From positions 154,845-218,844 of the forward strand of contig NW_021832229.1 in the NCBI RefSeq assembly GCF_006345805.1: DNA of 64,000 nucleotides. Direction: 5' to 3'. Both the position numbers and the translations under genes were made by a program. Positions 12,185 to 25,807 of this stretch are shown here, one piece after another. Every line of letters starts with the position of its first letter. Within the stretch, counting starts at the first letter, position 1. The notes below the pieces were generated by a model that saw only the letters and a list, made by a program, of their open reading frames with translations, did no database searches and had not been told where the DNA came from. This DNA is from Octopus sinensis (taxonomy: Eukaryota).

Positions 12185-13230
12185 TTCATTTTTGTGCTTT
12201 CGCGTTCCGATTTCCGGAACACTGGGCATGCTATGGCAGACATGCACTGGGGCTGCGGCATCTCCAAACATTCTGCCTAAAAGGTGAACAGGTGTGGTCA
12301 TCGTTTGTCAAACAGGCTTTTCCACGGCTCATCTCCTTGAGTAAGCTACAGTCCTGGGTCAAGGATCAGTGGAAAGTCCACTCTTGAGTTCTATGGAGGG
12401 TTAGTGTAGGGAAAGCGCGATGAAGCACTTGGAGAGACGCTAGGCGTTGACAAAATTGAACTAACCAGTCTGTTGAGGAGGACTTTCAAGACGGGGACGA
12501 TGGATAACTCCTAGAAGTCCCTTGCTTTGCAGTGCTATCGGGGGACACTGCCGGTTCGAAATAAACTCTACAAGCACGGAAGTGCTGTCTGACCGACCTA
12601 CCCGACATGTGCGCAGAGCGATGAAAGCGTTCTGCACGCGCTTGTCCAGTGTCCTTGCATTACTAACATGTGGAGTTATGTTGAACAGCTGTTATCACGT
12701 GTAGGGTGGTTCTATCTATCGGCCGAGTCCGTAGTGAAGATCGATCAGCCGCTTTCCATCAGTCCGGAAGGTCAGGCAATTTGCTTCTGTCAAATAGCAG
12801 TAGCGAAAGAGGCTGTATTGTGGACCAGGTTAAAAGGACTAAAGGTAGAGACTTTTCTCTACGGCCAATCACTCGTCAGCTTTTTCAAATTTTCTTTGGA
12901 AAGGAAGATGAGGGTGCAGAGTGAAGTGCTGCCTCCCAGTACATTTGCCAAAAGGTGGATGAATAGCGAAAATGGTACGCGTGAGTTGACCTACTCTAAT
13001 AACGCGCCTGTGGGCTAGTGAATTTGAGAGGGAGGAGAGTGCTCTTCCCAGATGCCCTCGAAGCGTCGAGTGGTTCAGGATTGGGGTGGGGGTACCTGAG
13101 CCAACTCCAGGGGAATACGTGCACCTATTATGAACTTTCATTGTTAGATTCTTTTGTTGGATATCTTTATTATTCTTTTAACTGTGTACTCGTTGTGTCT
13201 GCGTTAAATCCCCACTGTCCATGTCTACTG
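12185..13230 (+). mobile_element. 3' fragment of an L1/Tx1-clade LINE (copies ~19365-20400 and ~35790-36830)
   Basis: ALGLRHL...EQVWSSFVKQAFP, zinc knuckle TCAQSDESVLHALVQCP, and C-terminal VAKEAVLWTRLKG...FFKFSLERKMRV. Homologous to 40325-41390. Confidence 0.75.
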
Positions 13231-13240
13231 TACCCTGTTT

Positions 13241-13465
13241 CTTTACTACTCACAAGGGGTTAAACACAGAGAGGACAAACAAGGACAGACAAACGGATTA
13301 AGTCAATTATATCGACCACAGTGCGTAACTGGTCCTTCTTTAATCGACCCCGAAAGGATGAAAAGCAAAGTCGACCTCGGGGGAATTTGAACTCAGAACG
13401 TAACGGCAGAAGAAATACCGCTAAGCATTTCGCCCGACATACTGAAGATTCTACCAGCTCTCACC
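13241..13465 (-). mobile_element. tRNA-derived SINE with a Meta/Sauria-like central domain (copies ~20415-20640 and ~36840-37065)
   Basis: Minus strand has a B-box-like GAGTTCAAATTCC followed by GTCGACTTTGCTTTTCATCCTTTCGGGGTCGAT. A more decayed plus-strand copy lies at ~54900-55050. Confidence 0.7.
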
Positions 13466-13509
13466 GACTTGTCTACAGTATCTTCTCCTATATGCCGGCC
13501 CTATTGGAA

Positions 13510-13660
13510 AATAATAATAATAATAATAATTACTATAATAATAATAATAATAATAATAATAACTATTATTATTATTATCATTATTATTATTATTATATTA
13601 TTATTATTATTATCATTATTATTATTGTCATTATTATTATTGTTATTGGAATTTTTTTCC
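13510..13660. repeat. Head-to-head (AAT)n-(ATT)n microsatellite (quasi-palindrome), the LINE landing site of the duplicated block
   Basis: AAT repeats switch to ATT repeats at ...AATAACTATTATT.... The equivalent site is split by LINEs in copies B and C. Confidence 0.95.
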
Positions 13661-13986
13661 GGTTAAACATTTCACTCACTTCTTCACAGTAAAATTATGT
13701 CAGTTAATGCAATCGTTAATGTGATATTCCCTTCAGTTTCATATTAAAGAAAACCTTAGGCAGGGTTATGTATCTAATTGCATCACACACACAGACACAC
13801 ACACACACACTCACAAACGTACACATGAACCCTCCTCCTCTTCTTTCCACCTCTCTCTCTCTCTCTTCTATCACTCCCCTCCTCTCTCATTTTAAAACTT
13901 CCACTTCCACCGCCAATCATCATAAACTGCTGACTGAAACTTTTCAAATCGAAATTATATAATTAGAAATACAGATGCCATATATA

Positions 13987-14037
<51 letters not shown>

Positions 14038-14789
14038 CTTTATATTTTCAATTTATTTTTATCTTTCACTTTTGGCAGAAGGCATCCAGAATACTGGAGA
14101 CTATCTGCAATAGAAATACATTAAACAGGTTAGAGGCCCCTGCATGTCCTCCTCTCCCTCTTCCCCTCACTCCTATGAAAATAGGACACCAATATATTGA
14201 AGTTTTGGGTACAGATGAGCTGATGAAGTTTTGAATATAATTGCTACTTTGATAACGAAAATTCTTTTCCCATAACTTTAAAGCTGCTAAAACCTTTAAT
14301 TCCTCTTCAGAATTGTTATAATTTCTCTATCATATACTTTATTCTACAAACGTACTTTTCTGAAACGAACAATTGTTAAATGAATTTGTATCGTTTGCTT
14401 CCATGTCAATCATTATATATACCATGTAAATTAGTATCGTTATTGATAACGTGATTTTCTGAAGTGACACTATCGTTAAATGAATTTATCGTCTGCTCAC
14501 AGGAAATATTTGGCTGCTATTTCTAGCACATCCAGCTTAAGCTTCAGAGATTCTTCACGCAGAGAATGGTGGATGACAATGTGAACACTGGAGGGTCTAA
14601 CAAAGAATTTAGAAATGTACTTCATTTTAATGTTAACTTTAGACGTTTTATTTGGGAAGAGATCGATGATCAATACTTATCACGCAAAAGTGAGGTGATT
14701 CTAAAACATGACAAATCTGTCGTCTGATCGTATAACAATATTTTGATCATTTCCGGTTAATGTCGCTTTTAAACGATTTTATGTTCCAT

Positions 14790-15462
14790 AGCTACTAAAT
14801 TACTTTGACGTATGTATATATATATATATATCTCCCTCTCTATAACACGCACGATCAAACACACAGACACAAATTTCACACCTTACTACTAAGTATATTT
14901 GACGTTTGTCTACCTCACACACACAATAACACATACACACACAGACACAAATGCAGTTATATACACACTCATACACATACACAAACACTCGCAATCATTA
15001 ACACAAGCACACACCCGCACATCATCATACATACAGCATACATATTGTCCCCTACCTATTTTTACTACTCCCTCCTTCTACCCATTTTTGAAGTCATTGC
15101 TTATAACGGATTATTTAAGAAAAACACTCATTGTCACTGTGGTCACCATGTAGGCAATCATCAAAATTTTGTTCGTCTTGTGGCTGAAAGAGGCTCCTAA
15201 TCTTTCCTGATGAGAAGATGGCATAATGCACCATTTATTCCTTCGGAATTAAAAGTATGCCGTCTTCGAAACATGTGTCGAGAGTAAAATCTTCGTTCGA
15301 CTCCATTCTTTCATTTATTCATATAAATAACACAAATTTGCACACAAGAACCCGGAGTTTCTACCCTTGACAGGTCACTTCAACTGTGTTTTCTGACGTG
15401 AATTTGCTACCCAGGTATCGGTTAAACGAATTTTCCATGCTAGGATAATTCATTCACCTACT
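14790..15462 (+). mobile_element. Solo PLE pseudo-LTR related to 3200-3880, with an intact-looking hammerhead at ~15201-15284 (duplicate 31168-31850)
   Basis: Alignable to 3290-3880. CTGATGA at 15207-15213, GAAA at 15268-15271, GTC at 15277-15279. Ends at (TA)n. Confidence 0.85.
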
Positions 15463-15537
<75 letters not shown>

Positions 15538-16101
15538 CATGAATACATACGTTTATATAATTCTGATAACTGTGTGTGCGTGTTTATATATATATACATA
15601 TATACACACACACACAGATATCACAATTTGTAAAATAGTACTTAGATTATTTCAAGTTAATTTCAGTTACGCGGATGCAAAGTCTCATACAGTTACGCAT
15701 ATACACACACACATACATACACACACGCAACACCAGACAGTGACATAATTTTCATTTCTCCATTTCTGCTGGAATGCTAATGCCGGGGAAGAAGAAGGGT
15801 ATACTGAGTAAGTGAAGGGAATTAAAATGTATCAATCCCACCAAATCCTTAGTACATGGTTACGTAGCTAATAGCATCACACAAACACATACACACAAAA
15901 CCCTCTTCCTCTTCTTTCTCCCTCCCTCTCTCTCTCTCTCTCTCTTGCTATCAATTTCTTTCCCCTCTCTCATTTACACTCTTCCACTATCACCGCCCAT
16001 CTTTGACTGCTGACGCAAACTTTTCATATCGCATTCATATAATGAGAAATAAAGACGCCAATCTATATCTACACACACACACCACACACAAACACAAACA
16101 A

Positions 16102-16182
<81 letters not shown>

Positions 16183-16496
16183 TAATTGTGTGGTACTTCA
16201 ATGAAAAAATGTATGGTAAATAAACAAATGACGCAAGATATATATATATGCGCACATATAGATATATATATAAACATTTACTAACTCTTACGATCAGAGG
16301 CTAAACCGCTTTATTGGTAAGTTACGATTTTCATTATATTATATCGGCCATCTATTGGCCATCGTCCACCCTCCTCAACGGCACTTAGGATGGGATAAAA
16401 AGGGTCTCCACCATTAAGAACTCATAAGTTTGTGTCCCCAAATGACCTAAAATGTTTCTTTATGCTTTTATTTTTACTTCAGTAATTTTCAGTTAA

Positions 16497-16702
16497 CCCA
16501 TTAGCATTGGCACTGGCCACGTCGGGCCCAAATATTCTTTCTGTTTTCTGTTGAAACTGAACAGATCAGCCCTTTCACAACCACCATGCAAAGTTATTCT
16601 AAAAGTAAGCAATCACATAATCAAAATCTCAAAGCTAGAAGATAATGTATGATTAATTGTAAACGATGTGAATAAATAAGTAATTCATCGGAATGCTGAA
16701 GG
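16497..16702. mobile_element. Possible piggyBac-like MITE (copies at ~32885 and ~52399)
   Basis: TTAA|CCCATTAGCATT at the left end; degenerate complementary GAATGCTGAAGG at the right end. Confidence 0.35.
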
Positions 16703-17255
16703 AGTATCCTCTTCTAGCTGTTACAATAATGAAACAGCAATTCCATCTCAAATTACAACAAGTGGGGTCTTTTTAAGGACACATTTCAGGTTCGAGGGAG
16801 TGGTTAAGAATGTTGTAGTGCAAAAAATCGAGTCGGTATTTTTCTTAGTAGTTGAGTTTTGTTAAGTATTGTTTGAAGCCGAGAAGGGTCAAATAACAGT
16901 AGAGGCGGTTGAAATGCAAAAATTTGAAGAAATTTGTGATATGTGTTGGTGAGATTTAGGAGGCTGAGTGGAGGCTGAAAAAGCGATTGATCATAATACT
17001 TGGAATAAATTAGGGATGCGTGTTATATATATTTATATTTCTGTGGGTATCTATATATATGTTGACTACTTTATGTTTTTAATACTGTGTATTAATGTAG
17101 GAGTTTGTATGTTTATATATGTGCGTATATGTGTGTGTGTTTGCATGTATGTATGTAAGCGCTTGTATGTATATATTATGTATTTGTAAATGTGATGTAT
17201 ATATTATGTATTTGTAAATGCAAGTTTGGATATTTCAGATTTATTGCATATGCTC

Positions 17256-17290
<35 letters not shown>

Positions 17291-17399
17291 TATATGCATA
17301 CATAGACACATACACACACACACATATAAGCTATTTGGAATGTGTTGACTTGTCGATTGTCAGGTTGACTCTTGTTTTACATTAGAGCTTTGATGGAAC

Positions 17400-18065
17400 T
17401 CGGGGCTTGCTATATGATTATTTAGAATTAGTGAAGTGCATGAATGTCTTGCAGTATTTATGCTTACATAAATAAATAAGGTCAGAGAATTTAACAGCGA
17501 GGAGTTGTGGAGGCGAAGAATAGTTAATGACCCTTTTATACATAATATACATTTACCTATATTTGTGTTGTAGAGGGGAGCTTCACATACTACGGACCAC
17601 GATAGAGCATATTGGACATTGTTTTGAATTGAGGTTGTATATGTGTGTTGCTAAAGATTGAAATAGTTTAGATTTGGGATTAATGAAAGAATACATATGA
17701 GCACGACAACGGCATTCAAAATCCTCAGTGCCACAAATATACACCCTTTACTGGTGGGTGCATGGGGTCATCACGTGGCATTAATAGATTTCGCTTTTGA
17801 GGAAACAGGAACCTGCATACCGTATATTTTAGAAGCGCAAAAGTTGCAATGGTTGGGGGGTTTACTATCAGTAATGTTGATGTTGGTTGGTTTGTTGTTA
17901 GTGGGGAGAATCTAAATTAAGATTTATATTAGTATCGGATTGGGGGGTGTAATGGAACTAATATCTATCCTCTAGTAGATAGGGTTGTAGAATGTTGGCT
18001 TAAGTTTAGTATTATACAATTGAGGTGGCTTATTAAGGTTTCTATTATTGTATTGTCAAGGCTAG
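17400..18065 (-). mobile_element. Decayed PLE GIY-YIG endonuclease fragment (duplicate ~33810-34485)
   Basis: Minus strand IY*C...YICGTEDF..R..H..SF...SLATHIYNL...LCKHKYCK, with the same motif order as the endonuclease at 2730-3085. Confidence 0.55.
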
Positions 18066-20683
18066 CTTGGGATTTGGGGGAAAATTTTTGTTTTATCCAA
18101 CATAAAGCCTACGGTGTGTTACAAAGATTATGGAAACACAGGTCCGAAGCTAGGTTTGTTGTTGTTGATGTGTATGTAGTTTCAAAATGTTTTTTTTTCA
18201 ACTATGAGATGAATTGTTGATTTTTTGATTTTATCTTACTATAATCAGCAACAAACACATTCCGTCAATATTAATTCTTTATTAGACAAAAAAAATATCA
18301 TTATCAAAACATGAAGATAAAACAAAACAAATGTGCTTTGTTTTCTTCCAGGCACCAATGTATTGTAGCAATAGTCTTTCATCGACCGACCTTTTCTCTG
18401 AAAAAATCAGTGAATCATTCGATCTCCATACACAAATTATTTTCCTCCTGGAACTTATAAAAAAGATACACACATTAGGCGCACCTTTCTCTAAGAGGCA
18501 CACTAAATTTCCCAGGTAAAAAAATAGCGGCTTATACACCGGAAAATACGGTATTTCTTTTTTGTCATATTCATATCGACTTTCACTCCATAAACGTTAC
18601 ACAAACACTTGACTGCGCATGCCTGAATGTCTACATTAAAGTATTTTCTAAGCTAAATTCTCTGCCTGATCTATAGGCTCATTAGGCCCCAAGTATATCT
18701 CTGTATCGAACGTATTTCAACACACAAGGAATCAACACACCCAACTGAACAGGATACCAGTCTGTCGCAATGTTAACCCCTGGTTAATGCTGGTACTTTT
18801 CAGATGAGTGCACTGGAAGTGTCTTTCTCGTGGACATAACTTACCGAAACAATAAATGCATACGCCTATATGTGTGTGTGTGTGCGCTTATGTACATATC
18901 CGTGTGTACGTGTGTGTATTTTTGTATGCATGTACACACACACATTTTCTTTTATTCTTTCGCTTATTTAAAGGTGAATTTAAAAGTCGTTATGCCAATC
19001 ACATAATCCCCTTCCGATATAGGACAAAAGTAAAGCTACGAAACTGGCTAAGTTTAGAAGAAAACGAAACACCACATGTGACTGGATGGGAAGTAATCCA
19101 TAACTTATGTTAATGGATCAAAAAATATAAGCATTGTTTAGCTGAAAGAGTGCATATCCTGTTCAGATCTAAGATGCTTAATTCTCTATTGGACTCTAGG
19201 TCAGGAATTTTCAGTCGTTGTCAAGTATAAATATATTTTGAAGAACTGGAAAATTCCGTCTATTCTTGATTAAATTTTTTATATCATTTTAGCCTTATAA
19301 TTCAAGGTCTAACGAGGAGAACTCTAAAATGCTGTTTTTACTTTTTCCTTTTCCAATTTACGTCTTTGTGTTTTCGCTTTCCGATTTCCGGAACACTGGG
19401 CATGCTATGGCAGACATGCACTGGGGCTGCGGCATCTCCAAACATTCTGCCTAAACGGTGAACAGATGTGGTCATCGTTTGTCAAACAGGCTTTTCCACG
19501 GCTCATCTCCTTGAGTAAGCTACAGTCCTGGGTCAAGGATCAGTGGAAAGTCCACTCTTGAGTTCTATGGAGGGTTAGTGTAGGGAAAGCGCGGTGAAGC
19601 ACTTGGAGAGACGCTAGGCGTTGACAAAATTGAACTAACCAGTCTGTTGAGGAGGACTTTCAAGACGGGGACGATGGATAACTCCTAGAAGTCCCTTGCT
19701 TTGCAGTGCTATCGGGGGACACTGCCGGTTCGAGATAAACTCTACAAGCACGGAAGTGCTGTCTGACCGACCTACCCGACATGTGCGCAGAGCGATGAAA
19801 GCGTTCTGCACGCACTCGTCCAGTGTCCTTGCTTTACTAACATGTGGAGTTACGTTGAACAGCTGTTATCACGTGTAGGGTGGTTCTATCTATCGGCCGA
19901 GTCCGTAGTGAAGATCGATCAGCCGCTTTCCATCAGTCCGGAAGGTCAGGCAATTTGCTTCTGTCAAATAGCAGTAGCGAAAGAGGCTGTATTGTGGACC
20001 AGGTTAAAAGGACTAAAGGTAGAGACTTTTCTCTACGGCCAATCACTCGTCAGCTTTTTCAAATTTTCTTTGGAAAGGAAGATGAGGGTGCAGAGTGAAG
20101 TGCTGCCTCCCAGTACATTTGCCAAAAGGTGGATGAATAGCGAAAATGGTACGCGTGAGTTGACCTACTCTAATAACGCGCCTGTGGTCTAGTGAATTTG
20201 AGAGGGAGGAGAGTGCTCTTCCCAGATGCCCTCGAAGCGTCGAGTGGTTCAGGATTGGGGTGGGGGTACCTGAGCCAACTCCAGGGGAATACGTGCACCT
20301 ATTACGAACTTTCATTGTTATATTCTTTTGTTGGATATCTTTGTTATTCTTTTAACTGTGTACTCGTTGTGTCTGTGTTAAATCCCCACTGTCCATGTCT
20401 ACTGTATCCTGTTTCTTTACTACCCACAAGGGGCTAAACACAGAGAGGACAAACAAGGACAGACAAACGGATTAAGTCAATTATATCGACCACAGTGCGT
20501 AACTGGTCCTTCTTTAATCGACCCCAAAAGGATGAAAGACAAAGTCGACCTCGGGGGAATTTGAACTCAGAACGTAACGGCAGAAGAAATACCGCTAAGC
20601 ATTTCGCCCGACGTACTGAAGATTCTACAAGCTCTCACCGACTTGTCTACAGTATCTTCCCCTATATGCCGGCCCTATTGGCA

Positions 20684-20737
<54 letters not shown>

Positions 20738-20769
20738 TATTATTATTATTATTATCATTATTATTATTA

Positions 20770-23700
20770 CTCTTTTTTCCTTCTTTCAAATTTGCTTCCA
20801 TTTCTTGCCGAGTGTCTTCCCGACTCCTAGGGCAAAGAAACTCATAGTATACATTGGTAGGCCATTAAACCAAACTCAATAGTTCGTTCATTTTTTTTTT
20901 TTAAGTTAAATTAAAATACATGAGCAGCAACAGTTCTCACATCGACAATGCTCTTCTCAATACGTATGATGTACCAGTTAAGACAATCTTTTGCACTTCT
21001 TGCAGGGATGGTAAACCAGGGATCATTCTCATATAATTTTCGGTTCCCTTCTTGATCATTCCTAGTGCTCCTACGATCACTGGTATTGTAACCGCCTTGA
21101 GATGCCACATTTTCTCAATTTCAATGAGTAGGTATTTATATTTTCTGAGCTTGTCAAACTCTTTCGCCGAGATATTATGATCACAGGGGATGCTCATGTC
21201 GATCAATAAGCAAACTTTATTGTTTTGGTCTTTCACAACAATATCTGGTTTATTGGCATTGATGGTTCGGTCTGTATGTACTGGAAAGTCACACAGAATG
21301 GTTACATTTTCTCCTTCAGTTACAGCCTCAGGGTGGTGATTATACCACTTGTCGGCAGTTTTGATATTGTAATGCCGACTTATTAGCCAGTGGAGATATT
21401 GGCCAACTCTGTCATGTCTTAATTTATACTCCACTGGTGCTAAGACTTTACATCCAGAGATTAGGTGGTCCACTGTTTCAATCATGTCGTTGCAGAATCG
21501 GCATTTTTGGTCTGCTCCATTTTTCATCACATTGGCCTGGTAGTTCCGGGTTAATAGGCTTTGATCTTGAGCAGCCAGGATGAAACCTTCGCTCTCTGCT
21601 TTTAGCCCTGAGCTCCGTAGCCACTGATGGGTTTGCTTCTGGTCAACATCAGCTTGTTTGCTGCGGGTCACATATTTGCCGTGCAGAGGTTTCTCCTCCC
21701 ACCTATCAGCCAATTGCTCGTGCGCTTTTTTCATTGCCAGCATTTTCAGCTTCTTTGCAACAATAGTTGCCGTACTTCCCTCGGGTTGTTCAGTTTGGGT
21801 ATCCTGCACGAGATCAATAGCAAATTTTTTGCTTTCCTTTATGATAGAATGAAGCTTCTTTTGTCTCTCGTGATTTTCCACGAGCTTTAGCATCCAGTCA
21901 TTTGATATTTCGAGATATTTGGCCAGTCCAATTTTGGTTGTTTTGTAAGCTAGTTCAAATTGGATCAGGCCTCGACCTCCTTGGGCTCTGGGAAGGTAAA
22001 GGCGATCTACGTCTGCCTTTGGGTGGTGCATCCTATTACAACTCAGCAGCTTGCGTATTTTTCTATCTATACTTTTTACTTCACTCATATTCCAGTTCAA
22101 CACATTGTAGCTATAAGTAACAACTGGAACTGCTAAGGAATTTATAGCTAACACCTTGTTACGTGCATTTAGTTCAGATTTCAGGACTGCACGAACTCTC
22201 CTATAACATTCCTTCCTGATTTTCTCTTTCATGCTTGCATGCTGAATACCAGAGCCTTCATTTATCCCTAAATATTTGTATGTTTGTTCTTGCTCAGGCT
22301 CTCTTATGACTGTGTCAACATCTAACACGACTGAATTTGTGGTCTTCACTTTCCCTTTCTGGAAAGTGGCCTTGGCACACTTCTCAAGTCCAAACTCCAT
22401 CCCGATGTCATCGCTGAATGCTTTCACGGTGCGCAATAGGCCTTCAAGTTCATTATTGTCTTTACCATAAAGTTTTAAGTCATCCATATAAAATAGATGG
22501 CTTATTTTTTTATTGGCAATTTTATACCCATACCCTGTTCTGTTTAATTCACTTGTAAGGGGTATTAGGGCTATGCAGAATATTAAAGGTGAAAGTGAGT
22601 CACCTTGAAAAATTCCACAGTTGATGTTTATATTTTCTGAGGCAAGTACTCCATTGGAGTGGTATAATTGGAGATTCGTATTCCACAACGACATATTGTG
22701 CTTCAGGAAGTTTGAAATCACAGGGGAATTTTTTGAAGATGTCCAGCGATCTCAAGATCCATGGATGCGAAGGCCTTTTTGTAGTCAATCCATGCGGTGC
22801 TGAGATTTCTGCGCTTGTTGTGACAGTTCTCAAGGATCATACGATTGATTAGCAGTTGATCTTTGCATCCGTAAGAGCCTCGGTGGCACCCTTTTTGTTC
22901 AATGGGGAAAATATCGTTCTTCTCCATGAATGCATATGTTTTCTCCGCCAGGATAGATGTTAGGATTTTATACGTGGTGGATAGACAGGTTATAGGCCGA
23001 TAGTTTTTTGGAAGGTTGGTTTCGTTATTCTTTGGGAGTAGGTAAGTAATGTCACTTGCTAACCATTCAGGTGTTTTCTTTGGGTCTCTCATAATTCCAT
23101 TGAGCAGCTGAACTAGCTTACCGTGTGCGCATGGGAGCGATGCGAGCCAGAAATTCGGCACCCTATCTTTACCGGAGGATTTTCAATTATGGGCCTTCGT
23201 GAGTGCCTTTCTTAGGTCTGCTATTGTGATGTCTTCCCATGCTTGTTGTAAATTTTGGTAGGATCCTTCAGTTTGTATAATCCAGTCTGCATTTATGTTG
23301 TACGTCTTCTTGTCACTCCAAATCCTTTTCCAAAAGTTTTGAACTTCTTCCATGGTTACTTTAACGGTTACTTTCTCCTTCCCTATTTCTCTGTAGAATT
23401 TTTTGGCATTGGATGTGAACAGCTTATTTTGCTTGTAAAACTTGTTTCTCTTCTCAAATCTTCGTATTCTTTGGGCTTTTGCTTGGACTTTTTGTTTCAG
23501 CGTTTCTTTTATTGATATCAGTTCTTCTCTTGGTGAGGATCCAAATTTTCTCTTCATCTTTCTTCTTGTTCTGGATCTTACATCATTTCCACATATTAGT
23601 TCATTTAATATTGATATTTCCCCTCTCATAAATTCAATCTCTTTTTCAATTTTACTTCTCCAGGTTTGATTTCTTCCCAGGTTTGGTTTTCTTTGTTTTT

Positions 23701-24720
23701 TCGGGGGCATACAGCTGGTTTCAATTGCCCTAGCAGAAGCGTAAATAATTTCACTTAACTCAGTAAAATCAGGTTTTAATTCTCGTATTATTTCATTTGT
23801 TACATAGTTGCCAATTTGGATTTGTTTTTTATTTTGGTTTGTATTTGAGAGTTTGTGAAGTGGTTCTCTATCATTCATACTTGTATGTCTTACAACTTCA
23901 AGCGTATTCAGGATTTTCTGCCTCATTTCTGCCATAGACTCTCTGTGTTCTTCAGCAAATGCGAGATCTTCAGTTACTGTTGTTTTTTCGTTTTCCTGGC
24001 TATCTTTAACAGGTACAATAGAATTTCTTGTATCTTCAGGCCTTTGCGTACTTTGGTCAGATGGCAGTCCTTCAATTAAGCCTCGTGGCGGGCTATACTG
24101 TTCATCTGATTCTTCATTTCCTTTGCGTCTTATATTTATGTCATTTTCCGTTGCGTGCTTGATCGCGCTTATTTCACTGTCCGTGAGTCTGTTATTTCTA
24201 AGGATATCCCTCCTCACATTTGCTAATTTGTTCTCGTCCAAATAGGGCCTACTGTCTTGATTCCGTGTTCTCCATATACTGTAAGAGTTTGCGGTGTGTC
24301 TCTCATGAGATGGCCTACCTAATGCATAGTAATAAGCGTATATTACTTCTTTATACTCTTCTCGGGTCCATTTGTTCCGCTTACATTTTTCTTTCTGTGG
24401 TGGTTGTGGTGGTGAACTTGGAGGGCTCGAGTTGGGGGATTTCCCGTTCAAGTGACCATCCATGTCCGTATTCGGAGAAGAGTTTGTGCCAGTTGATGAC
24501 TTTTCGATCCCAGGCTGGCTCTTCCCTGGGGGACACGCTTCCAGATTAACCATAGGACAAGCGATTTGGTATACTGATTTAGTTTTCCTTTTATTTTCCA
24601 AAAACATTTTGGTGCTACGATAATGTTATCATTTTTTAGCTTTGATTGGCTCGTGGGGAGACGGCCATCATTGCCGTTACAATTATAATCGTAACATTAT
24701 AGCAGCCGTAGTCGGCTTAT
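20770..24720 (-). mobile_element. Essentially full-length Dong/R4-clade non-LTR retrotransposon (family A): RT + CCHC + restriction-like endonuclease
   Basis: ORF pieces 23183-24607, 22718-23161 and 20937-22721: N-terminal KWTREEY motif, WIDYKKAF, GIFQGDSLSP, YMDDLK, CRFC...HLISGC, KPDIV...ID...K.KY. 3' end abuts (TAA)n, the established Dong target. One TGA and two frameshifts. Confidence 0.95.
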
Positions 24721-25729
24721 TATTGTTATTATCATCACCATTATTATCACTATCATCATTATCACCACCATTACCATCATCATTATCATCATCACCATCA
24801 CCATCATCATCATCAATGATATTGTTTTATGTGTAGTCACAGCAGTACCTTATTATTGTTATTTTTTATCATCATCACCATCACAGTAGTGTCTGTCTGT
24901 CTTGGTGGTTGGCTGGCTGACTGTCTTCAATGCCAGAGTTCTTGCCTGTCAAATAATACTTTCATATTTGGTTAACAATAGAGCTGAGGTGAGGTTTTGT
25001 GTTGGTTGAACTCTTTGAGTGTGTGTGTGTGTGTGTAGATAGATAGATAGATTATCAGCACTATTACTATCATTATTATCATCATCACCATCATCACCAT
25101 CACCATCAGTGATATTTTTTTTTATTTATTTATTTTTTTTTAGGTGGGGTCCTATCGGTCAAAAAAAGTTCAGATGTTTACTACTATTAGGCTTAAGAAA
25201 AATTAAGGAAGGGCTGTTCTGTATTGTTTGTGAATAGAGAGGTTGTGTTCGACCAGAGAGAATCTTAGCATCATCATTTTTTTTTTCCATGTGCGTTTGT
25301 GTTATTGCAATAAAAAGTGTTTGTATATTTCGTGTAAGGTAATATTGTGGAGGTTGAAGTTGACTTTTCTAGAGATGTTTGTATGTCCAGTTAGAAGAAC
25401 AGGTGTGTTTTTACAATAAAAAGTATATGTTTACATTTATATTTGAATATTCAGGGAGGAAGCACAGAAAAGTCAGATTTTAATAGAAAGTTTTAGGGTT
25501 TTGTAAGTCCACAAAAAGAAAAGCGTGATGTTTTTAGAGAGAAGAAAAAAAAGGATGTTTACAGAGGCAATTGTGGGTATCAAAGTTTTTAAAGCTGGTC
25601 GAATGTATGATTGAAAACTGTAGATATGTAACTTTGTAAATTTTCTTAACTTATTTTGAAGGGCTGTTCTGTATTATTTGTGAATAGAGAAGCTGTGTTC
25701 GACCAGAGAGAATCTTATTATTATTATTA

Positions 25730-25804
<75 letters not shown>

Positions 25805-25807
<3 letters not shown>

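Larger units (their letters stand above)
11400..18070. repeat. Tandem segmental duplication, copy A (empty AAT/ATT site at 13510-13660)
   Basis: Collinear landmarks recur at 11522/18705/35131, 12522/19696/36122, 13321/20495/36920, 14241/30618, 15661/32043/49936, 16977/33366/52878. Confidence 0.95.

Noticed and set aside
14079-14128. 50-bp candidate exon with a good acceptor (also ~30280)
   Set aside because: Weak donor (GTTAGA), no recognisable coding content, and absent from the later copies.
23183-23185. In-frame TGA as possible selenocysteine or read-through (as in some Naiad PLEs)
   Set aside because: It falls at a Trp conserved in the family B element (TGG to TGA), in a copy that also has frameshifts. 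Simple nonsense mutation is the better explanation.
24600-24720. Possible HDV-like ribozyme at the Dong A 5' end
   Set aside because: Hairpins are present (e.g. ATAATGTTA / TAACATTAT), but I could not build the nested P1/P2/P3/P1.1 pseudoknot by hand. Needs an RNArobo or Infernal search.
25208-25717. ~60-bp direct repeats about 450 bp apart, and the ~19-bp tandem repeat near 8945-9012, as CRISPR-like or target-site duplications
   Set aside because: Only 2-4 units, with no regular unique spacers, no cas genes and a eukaryotic context. Most likely decayed LINE 3' sequence and a minisatellite.
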